This document shows positions 56,811 through 64,000 of a DNA stretch of 64,000 nucleotides, one piece after another. The number at the start of each line of letters is the position of its first letter. Within the stretch, counting starts at the first letter, position 1. The stretch covers positions 20,483 to 84,482 of the forward strand of contig DULU01000052.1 of the NCBI GenBank assembly GCA_012840225.1, given 5' to 3'. Below the pieces are notes generated by a model. The model made no database searches. It saw nothing but the letters and a program-made list of their open reading frames with translations, and was not told where the DNA came from. Position numbers and translations under genes: made by a program. Source of the DNA: Bacillota bacterium. Its GTDB lineage: Bacteria > Bacillota > Limnochordia > DTU080.

Positions 56811-57320
56811 CGATTCGGAATAGTGGCATTACGAGGTGGGAAATAACAATAGGCCGGATCTGGCAAAAGGCCAGCTCAGAAAATCCGGGCTTCGGGGTGA
56901 AGGTATTTGTTTTCTCCCCCTCAGAAGTCAGACTAATCCGGATGGTTCGGATGAGTGCCGGACGACAAATACGGCCGGGGATTGGGAATAGTGGCATTAC
57001 GAGGCGGGAAAAAACAATAGGCCGGATCTGGCGAAAGGCCAGCTCAGGAAATCCGGGTTTCGGGGAGAGGGTATTTGTTTTCTCCCCCTCAGAAGTCAGG
57101 CAAATCAGGAAGGTGTGGATGAGTGCCAGGTGGCAAAAATGGCAGACGATTGGGAATAGAGGCATTGCGGGGCGAAAAAAAACAATGGGCCGGATCTGGC
57201 AAAAGGCCAGCTCAGGAAGACCGGGTCTGTGGGTGAGGGTATTTGTTTTCTTCTCTTTGGATGTCAGGCAAATCAGAAAATGGTGCATAAATGATGGGGA
57301 GCGGGAGGCACAAGTGGATA
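56811..57320 (+). repeat. Three tandem copies of a ~169-bp non-coding repeat, each containing the hairpin CTGGCAAAAGGCCAG
   Basis: Units begin at ~56811, ~56981 and ~57149 (GATTGGGAATAGTGGCATTACGAGG...GGCCGGATCTGGCAAAAGGCCAGCTCAG...GGTATTTGTTTTCTCCCCCTCAGAAGTCAG) with ~85-90% identity between copies. ORFs on both strands across it are repeat artefacts. Confidence 0.85.
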
Positions 57321-57478
57321 TAGACCAAGCGAGAATTCGGGTATGTATTTTCTAGCATGGGTTTTATGGTGGGAAAGAATGCTAAACTGTTAGAAAGAAT
57401 GCACAGCTGCGGACCGGCTAAAGGTTCCGGTCAGAGGTTAAGGCGGAAAGTGGAGTAGATGCAGCTCTGGCTGTGGTT

Positions 57479-58288
57479 TCAGTTTTCGGCATCCTGGCTG
57501 GATGGACGGCGCCATTCATAGCGGTAACTGGGCAAGAGATCCTTCACGAAGGAATCTACCGCTTGCTCCAGGACGCCGGCTCTCACCTGGGGAACGGCAG
57601 TCCGTCTTAATTTGGGTAGGAGAGATTCCGGAGGTGGGGAGTCGTAGTGCCAGGTCAGTACTTCCAATTCGCTTTCTTCGTTGCTTTCGCTAACCTTTTT
57701 GGACCAGATTATTTCTCCCGTACCGGCATTGATGATTCTGACCTGGACCGTCAAGTGGATGTTGGTATTCAGGCTTGAATACCAGTTGGGAGATCTTCCT
57801 TCAGAAGTGGACCCGATGCGGTAGGGAACCTGTACATATATATCTTCCATATAATAGGTCACTTCGCCGGTGATCAAAACATCGCAGGAGAGAGCTTTAC
57901 CTAATCTAACCGCTGTTTCGGGACTGGTAGCCTCAACTGGGGTGATACCTAATTTAGCTAGGACGGCGGCGGTTGAAGCTCTGTCCTGGACGGTAAAATA
58001 CCCTGAGGAGGCGGCTACCTGGCCGAGCAAATCAGCGAATTCTATAGCAATCCCCGGATCATTGGTGGCGTTCACAAAATCGAGGATGGCGATGTTATTT
58101 ATGTCGCCTATGGGAGCTAACGGAGGGACGAGTACTCTGACTCGCTCTCCCATACATCCGGAGAGAAGCACCGCTAAACCACCTATTAAGCATAAGTAGA
58201 GGAAAAGCTGCCGGCGGTGTCCTGTAGAATTAAATGATCCGAAATACTCGGCCCAAAAATGCTCGGCCATGCGTTTTGCTTTATGCAT
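57479..58288 (-). CDS. Lipoprotein with TolB-N/LpoB/CsgG-like fold
   Basis: Lipobox LLSGC after a hydrophobic h-region. GDINNIAILDFVN...LITGEV pattern is reminiscent of LpoB/CsgG-type periplasmic lipoproteins. Confidence 0.5.
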   Translation of the reverse strand: MHKAKRMAEHFWAEYFGSFNSTGHRRQLFLYLCLIGGLAVLLSGCMGERVRVLVPPLAPIGDINNIAILDFVNATNDPGIAIEFADLLGQVAASSGYFTVQDRASTAAVLAKLGITPVEATSPETAVRLGKALSCDVLITGEVTYYMEDIYVQVPYRIGSTSEGRSPNWYSSLNTNIHLTVQVRIINAGTGEIIWSKKVSESNEESELEVLTWHYDSPPPESLLPKLRRTAVPQVRAGVLEQAVDSFVKDLLPSYRYEWRRPSSQDAEN

Positions 58289-58530
58289 GATTGCCTGCTG
58301 CCTCCGGATATTTATTACCCAGCAAACCTGCGCATATTACGATCCAACGATCCGGCAATCGGTAAAGTAAGTTCGAAGTGAAGTTCGGCGGATAGCTTCG
58401 GCGGGGAAACGGCGATATCCTGCTTTTTATGGGCATTTGTGCTTATTGTTGTGAAGGCGGAGGCTACCAAAAACAGGGAAAAGAAAAAAGAGAACGAATA
58501 ATATATGGCTTGTTGGTGGTCTGCATTGAC

Positions 58531-58563
58531 ATTGGCATTGGCATTGCCAACGCCAATGCCAAT
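58531..58563 (+). repeat. Hexamer (GCATTG)n array forming a 12-bp perfect inverted repeat (ATTGGCATTGGC-N9-GCCAATGCCAAT)
   Basis: The inverted repeat is directly visible. It is flanked by further (CGCAAC/GCAATC) hexamers up to ~58585. Confidence 0.5.
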
Positions 58564-58645
58564 CGCAACCGCAATCGCAACAACAAGCTGCCTAAATACC
58601 ACTTAAACTACTCATTTAGTAAAACATGTCTGGGGGGAAGTGTGT

Positions 58646-59029
58646 ATGTCTAAAGAGCGCAAGATCATCATTAAGGCTGACCAGGTGGTAAAAGAGGCTG
58701 TTCTCAACAACTCCAAAACGGCCGATGCTATCTGGGAAAAGCTGCCCATCACCGGTCGGGCTAACCGCTGGGGTGATGAAATTTACTTTTCCATACCTGT
58801 GCGCATAGGTCCGGAAAACGGGAAAGAAGTTGTTGAGGTGGGCGATCTGGGATATTGGCCTCCTGGTAATGCCTTCTGTATATTCTGGGGACCCACACCG
58901 GCCAGTGTAGGCAACGAAATCCGTCCTGCCAGTCCGGTGAATGTATTCGGCCGCATCGTAAAGGGAGCCACTGATTTCAAGGCGGTACGTTCGGGCTGCC
59001 AGATCGAAATAAGAAAGGCTGAGGAATAG
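58646..59029 (+). CDS. Cyclophilin-like superfamily protein (PF04126-like)
   Basis: GDLGYWPPGNAFCIFWGPTP and ~125-aa length fit the cyclophilin-like (TM1367-type) family. RBS GGGGGGAAG lies upstream. Confidence 0.5.
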   Translation: MSKERKIIIKADQVVKEAVLNNSKTADAIWEKLPITGRANRWGDEIYFSIPVRIGPENGKEVVEVGDLGYWPPGNAFCIFWGPTPASVGNEIRPASPVNVFGRIVKGATDFKAVRSGCQIEIRKAEE

Positions 59030-59033
59030 AACT

Positions 59034-59900
59034 TTGATCGATGTAGCCTTAGTCCCTGGTGAAATTGTGGAGAAGAAGGTTTCGGCATCACAGGTGGTGG
59101 TGGTAATCGATGTGTTGCGCGCCAGCACTACCATCATCACCGCCCTTGAGGCTGGAGCGAGCAGTGTAATACCGGTGGTGGAAACGGAAGAGGCTATAAG
59201 TTTGAGCGCCTCTTTGGGAGAACAAACTGTATTGGGGGGCGAGCGGCAAGGCCGGCGCCTCTTGGGTTTTCATTTGGGTAATTCACCGCTGGAATATACG
59301 CCGGAGATTGTGCGGGGGCGGGTGGTGGTCATGACCACCACCAATGGTACCTTTGCTTTAAAGAAGGTGAAAGGGGCGCACGCTATTGCCGTAGCTGCTT
59401 TCCGCAATGCGGCGGCGGTGGCGGCGATGCTGAGAGCGCATCTATCCCAAGGCCGGCAGGTGTTATTGGTATGCGCCGGTACAGAACGCCGGTTTACGCT
59501 TGAAGATGCCTGCTTAGCCGGATTGCTGGTTGAATTGGTTACCGGTGGCAGTGAGCCCGGGGCGAGTGCATTGGTGAGTGGAAAGGAGTGCGAGAGGGCG
59601 GACGAAAAGGAGAGCGAGTGTGAGACGGAGAGCGAGTGTGAGATGGAGAGCGGAATAAGAGAAATATCCACCAGAGAAATATCCGCCTCGACGACCGGCC
59701 TCACCGACAGCGCCTGGGCGGCCTTGTCCTTATGGCGGGCGGTGGAGCGTAATCCCTATAATGCCGTCACCAGATCCAGGCATGGGCAACGCCTCATCGA
59801 GATGGGATTTGGGGCCGATGTGGAGTTTTGTGCTCGCTTGTCGGATTGCGACGTGATACCCATACTGCAGGACGGCCGCCTGATCAAATTAGGTGGATAG
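59034..59900 (+). CDS. comB: 2-phosphosulfolactate phosphatase family protein (ComB-like) with Cys/Glu-rich low-complexity insertion
   Basis: VVVIDVLRASTTIITAL...MTTTNGT...LVCAG motifs of the ComB family. Insertion ECERADEKESECETESECEMESGIREISTREIS near the C-terminus. TTG start. Confidence 0.6.
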   Translation: MIDVALVPGEIVEKKVSASQVVVVIDVLRASTTIITALEAGASSVIPVVETEEAISLSASLGEQTVLGGERQGRRLLGFHLGNSPLEYTPEIVRGRVVVMTTTNGTFALKKVKGAHAIAVAAFRNAAAVAAMLRAHLSQGRQVLLVCAGTERRFTLEDACLAGLLVELVTGGSEPGASALVSGKECERADEKESECETESECEMESGIREISTREISASTTGLTDSAWAALSLWRAVERNPYNAVTRSRHGQRLIEMGFGADVEFCARLSDCDVIPILQDGRLIKLGG

Positions 59901-59988
59901 GATGGATGTATAAGCTGATCAATATGGCGGAAAACTTGTCCAGAACCTCTTGCATTTGGCAATTAGGTTTACTATGATAGTGGTTGAG

Positions 59989-60015
59989 TTAGCACTCACC
60001 TGAGAGGAGTGCTAA
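59989..60015 (+). promoter_or_regulatory. CIRCE operator (HrcA binding site) upstream of groES
   Basis: TTAGCACTC-acctgagag-GAGTGCTAA is a perfect match to the CIRCE consensus TTAGCACTC-N9-GAGTGCTAA. Confidence 0.85.
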
Positions 60016-60239
60016 CAGCAAGGGACAACAGCAAGGGACAACAGCAAATGAGGGGCATACAGGCCGGTAGCTAAGTCAGGTCAGGTCAGGCGTCCGCTGG
60101 GGACGTTCGCTCATGAAGGCCTGGATAGCCCTCACTGGTTGCTGCTAAGCTAATAAGACAAAAAAGTTTAAACATAAACCAGTGCAAATACAAACAATTC
60201 TGTTATTATCATGATTCATTGCTGAAGGAGGATGCTCAA

Positions 60240-60527
60240 GTGAATCTGAAGCCGCTGGCCGATCGGATTGTAGTTGAACCAATTGAGGGTGATGAAAAGA
60301 CGGCAGGAGGTATCATTCTGCCCGATAATGCCAAAGAGAAACCGCAGCAAGGAAAGGTCTTGGCTACCGGTAAAGGCAGATTGGCTAAGAACGGTGAGAT
60401 TATGCCTTTGTCGGTGAAAGTTGAAGACAGGGTTCTTTTCCCGAGCTATTGCGGCACCGAAGTGAAGATCGGTGGCAAAAAGTATTTGATAATGTCGGAA
60501 AGCGACATCCTGGCCATTATCCAGTGA
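60240..60527 (+). CDS. groES: Co-chaperonin GroES
   Basis: [27 protein letters not shown]...GKVLATGKG is the Cpn10 consensus. GTG start with GGAGGA 8 nt upstream. Confidence 0.9.
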   Translation: MNLKPLADRIVVEPIEGDEKTAGGIILPDNAKEKPQQGKVLATGKGRLAKNGEIMPLSVKVEDRVLFPSYCGTEVKIGGKKYLIMSESDILAIIQ

Positions 60528-60619
60528 CAATGACCGGGCGCCCTCGACCTCATGGTGAATGGCGGATGTAATGGCCTTATTACCTATGCCAATTACCTCA
60601 ACAGGAAAGGTGATGATAG

Positions 60620-62275
<1,656 letters not shown>

Positions 62276-62299
62276 CCGGAGCCGGCCTAATCGAAGAAT

Positions 62300-62346
62300 C
62301 GGGAAAGAAAAAGCGGCGGGTGTGCGGTGAAGAACCGTCATCCGCC
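62300..62346 (+). terminator. Weak intrinsic terminator after groEL
   Basis: GCGGCGG...CCGCCG followed by TTTTCT. Confidence 0.4.
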
Positions 62347-62430
62347 GTTTTCTGCTTATCTGCTTATCTGCTTATCTGCGTACCTGCTTATCTGTGTACC
62401 TGCTCATCAGCGCATCTACTCATCACTCAT
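62347..62430 (+). repeat. Degenerate tandem octamer array (CTGCTTAT-like, ~10 units) between convergent groEL and the minus-strand OM-like gene
   Basis: ctgcttatctgcttatctgcttatctgcgtacctgcttatctgtgtacctgctcatcagcgcatctactcatcactcatctacttat. Confidence 0.6.
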
Positions 62431-63761
62431 CTACTTATAGGCATATGGTACTTTATATCCACGAAGCCGATGGCGGTCACTTTGTTGTATCCTTTTCTGT
62501 TCTTGGCATTCTGCACCGGACCCACCCCGAAGCGGGCCGAGAGCTCGACATTGGGGAGGAGTTGGTAGGTGGCGGAGGTATAGATCAGCTGTGCCGATTC
62601 CACCACCCCGGTCAGGAAGGAATTGTCTTTGGTCTTTTCGTAGCCGTCTTTTTCCCAGGTGTCGCCTATGCGGCCCTCGCCATGGCGCCGGATGATCAAA
62701 CCGACATCGGTAAAGCCAAAGATGGGGCGGGCAAATTGGTAGTTTAGATGCAGTTCGTCGCCGTCCGGGCCATATGGAAAGCCGAGGAGAAAGTCATGAT
62801 GCACATAATGACCGATGTCTTTTTGAAATGAATAGGTGTAATTATTCACCCGGACATATTGCAGGTTCAGTTTTCCAAAACGCCAAAGCGGCAGTTCCGC
62901 CCGGGCCAGGCCGGCTACCTGAAATATTTGATATGTACCGAACCAATGCGGCATGTCGTCCACCATCAGCTCGGCACCGATCAGCGCTCCGCCTTTGGTG
63001 CGGTACATGCCTTGCACGAAAGCGTAGACATTTACATCATTATTATTTATAAACCCGGCGTCCAGTCCCACCCATTGGGTCCAGTAATAAGGCCAGGGCA
63101 GAAAGGAGACCAGGTTTACGGCAAATTTGCGATTACATACCGCCGTTTCGCCGATGGCGGCGGTGGCTCCGCCGACGGTCAAGGTCAGGCGATGGGCCAA
63201 TAGATAACGATCATCTCCTGAAAGCCGGCCGATGATCTTGTCGACGGTGGCCGGACCACGCCTGAAGGAGTATTGCAGTTGGTCGTAGCCGGGGGCGTGT
63301 GGCGACAAAACGACGGTATCTCCCTGCCAGAGACTCCAGTTGTTGGCCAAGCGTCCGACTGAGACTTTTAACTTGGCGTTGTAGGCCAATTCGGTGGCTG
63401 TGGAAAGGTAGGCGGCCGAGATGCCGTTATATTCGTTAAGCTTGGCAAAGCGGCGGCTGACCTTCAGCGCCAGGCGCCAGGGAGGATCAGGGAGGGAGGT
63501 GGAGAGGGTGGAGGAGGCTGAGCCCGGTGACGGAGCGATCTGGAAGGTTACATCCTGGCGCATGGAGTCCATGAAGGTGTCGGGCGAGAGCACCTTGATG
63601 GAAACCTCGCTCTCGATGCCGCCGGCCTCACTTGCACCGCCGGCACTGGCTAAGGCGCAGGGCTTGGCGGCCATGGGGATGGGCATAATCATATGTAAAT
63701 GCGATAGGAGTATGGGGGTGCAGATGATGCAGATCAGGTACTTTACATATGGGCGTTTCAC
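62427..63761 (-). CDS. Secreted beta-rich protein, putative outer-membrane protein (Wzi/capsule-assembly-like?)
   Basis: 444-aa minus-strand ORF with N-terminal hydrophobic signal region, abundant alternating aromatic/hydrophobic beta-strand-like segments (GTYQIFQVAGLARAEL, ELHLNYQFARPIFGFTDVGLII). GTG start with AGGAGG upstream on the minus strand. Family assignment is tentative. Confidence 0.4.
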   Translation of the reverse strand: MKRPYVKYLICIICTPILLSHLHMIMPIPMAAKPCALASAGGASEAGGIESEVSIKVLSPDTFMDSMRQDVTFQIAPSPGSASSTLSTSLPDPPWRLALKVSRRFAKLNEYNGISAAYLSTATELAYNAKLKVSVGRLANNWSLWQGDTVVLSPHAPGYDQLQYSFRRGPATVDKIIGRLSGDDRYLLAHRLTLTVGGATAAIGETAVCNRKFAVNLVSFLPWPYYWTQWVGLDAGFINNNDVNVYAFVQGMYRTKGGALIGAELMVDDMPHWFGTYQIFQVAGLARAELPLWRFGKLNLQYVRVNNYTYSFQKDIGHYVHHDFLLGFPYGPDGDELHLNYQFARPIFGFTDVGLIIRRHGEGRIGDTWEKDGYEKTKDNSFLTGVVESAQLIYTSATYQLLPNVELSARFGVGPVQNAKNRKGYNKVTAIGFVDIKYHMPISR

Positions 63762-63819
63762 GTTGGGCTGAGCCTCCTGCGTCGGCGGATTGTGGATCGT
63801 AAATAATAGATCGGATCAG

Positions 63820-63955
63820 ATAAGTATTCGGTATGGAGATATGAGATCCTGTAGCCAGTAGCCTGTAGCAGGTAGCCAGAAGCCAGTAGCCGGTAGCGTT
63901 GGGGGAGGTGGCATGGGAGTTGGCATGGGAGTTGGCATGTGAGGTGCATGGGAGG
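63820..63955 (+). repeat. Two adjacent short tandem repeat arrays (GTAGCC[A/T/G] heptamers; GGCATGGGAGKT 12-mers) upstream of the minus-strand gene start
   Basis: gtagccagtagcctgtagcaggtagccagaagccagtagccggtagcg followed by ggcatgggagttggcatgggagttggcatgtgaggtgcatgggaggggacatgtgaggtggcatgggaggg. Confidence 0.6.
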
Positions 63956-64000
63956 GGACATGTGAGGTGGCATGGGAGGGCGACAAGTTTCGGTTAAGCT

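Noticed and set aside
56811-57320. Possible CRISPR array
   Set aside because: Units are ~169 bp and directly abut each other with no unique spacers of regular size. No cas genes are nearby. It is not a CRISPR architecture.
56686-57355. Two ~200-aa ORFs (one per strand) with internally repeated peptide sequence
   Set aside because: Their periodicity derives from the three ~169-bp DNA tandem repeats. Frames are not conserved between copies at the protein level, so they were treated as a non-coding repeat array.

Overview
The window is a high-GC (~60-65%) chromosomal segment whose gene order closely follows the Bacillus subtilis comF...hpf-secA-prfB...ctpB-minJ...uvrBA...yvl region. The flagellar block that lies between comFC and hpf in B. 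subtilis is absent; only csrA is retained. Confident core genes are: a CHASE2 adenylate cyclase (5' partial), comFA/comFC, csrA, hpf, secA, prfB (with its programmed +1 frameshift site CTT TGA C), a csaB/tagA-like cell-wall polymer pyruvylation locus, ctpB, a MinJ-like PDZ membrane protein, uvrB-uvrA-uvrC, a DUF2089/DUF4097 (yvlB/yvlD-like) module, msmX, PGI/PMI, an ndoAI-ndoA (MazEF-type) toxin-antitoxin pair, tsaE-tsaB-rimI-tsaD, an aminotransferase, a DeoR regulator, and groES-groEL with a perfect CIRCE operator. The most unusual content, ranked by interest: (1) a tandem cluster of three paralogous secreted proteins plus a fourth, all ending in a canonical outer-membrane beta-barrel C-terminal signature (..Y.L.F), in an otherwise Firmicutes-like context; this suggests a diderm Firmicute-like organism (inference). 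They share a conserved leader motif. (2) A ~2.3 kb low-GC insertion carrying a 2xHTH + DUF559/Vsr-like nuclease-fold protein next to three ~169-bp tandem repeats. (3) An orphan csrA followed by a consensus sigma-A promoter and a ~370-nt GGA-rich untranslated leader. (4) A large two-domain fusion enzyme (sugar-phosphate isomerase-type TIM barrel + class-I-aldolase-like barrel) next to a DeoR regulator. (5) A recurring pattern of short tandem repeats that duplicate translation-initiation regions, plus low-complexity insertions in housekeeping proteins (SecA, UvrC, ComFA, ComB). No rRNA, tRNA or CRISPR arrays were detected.
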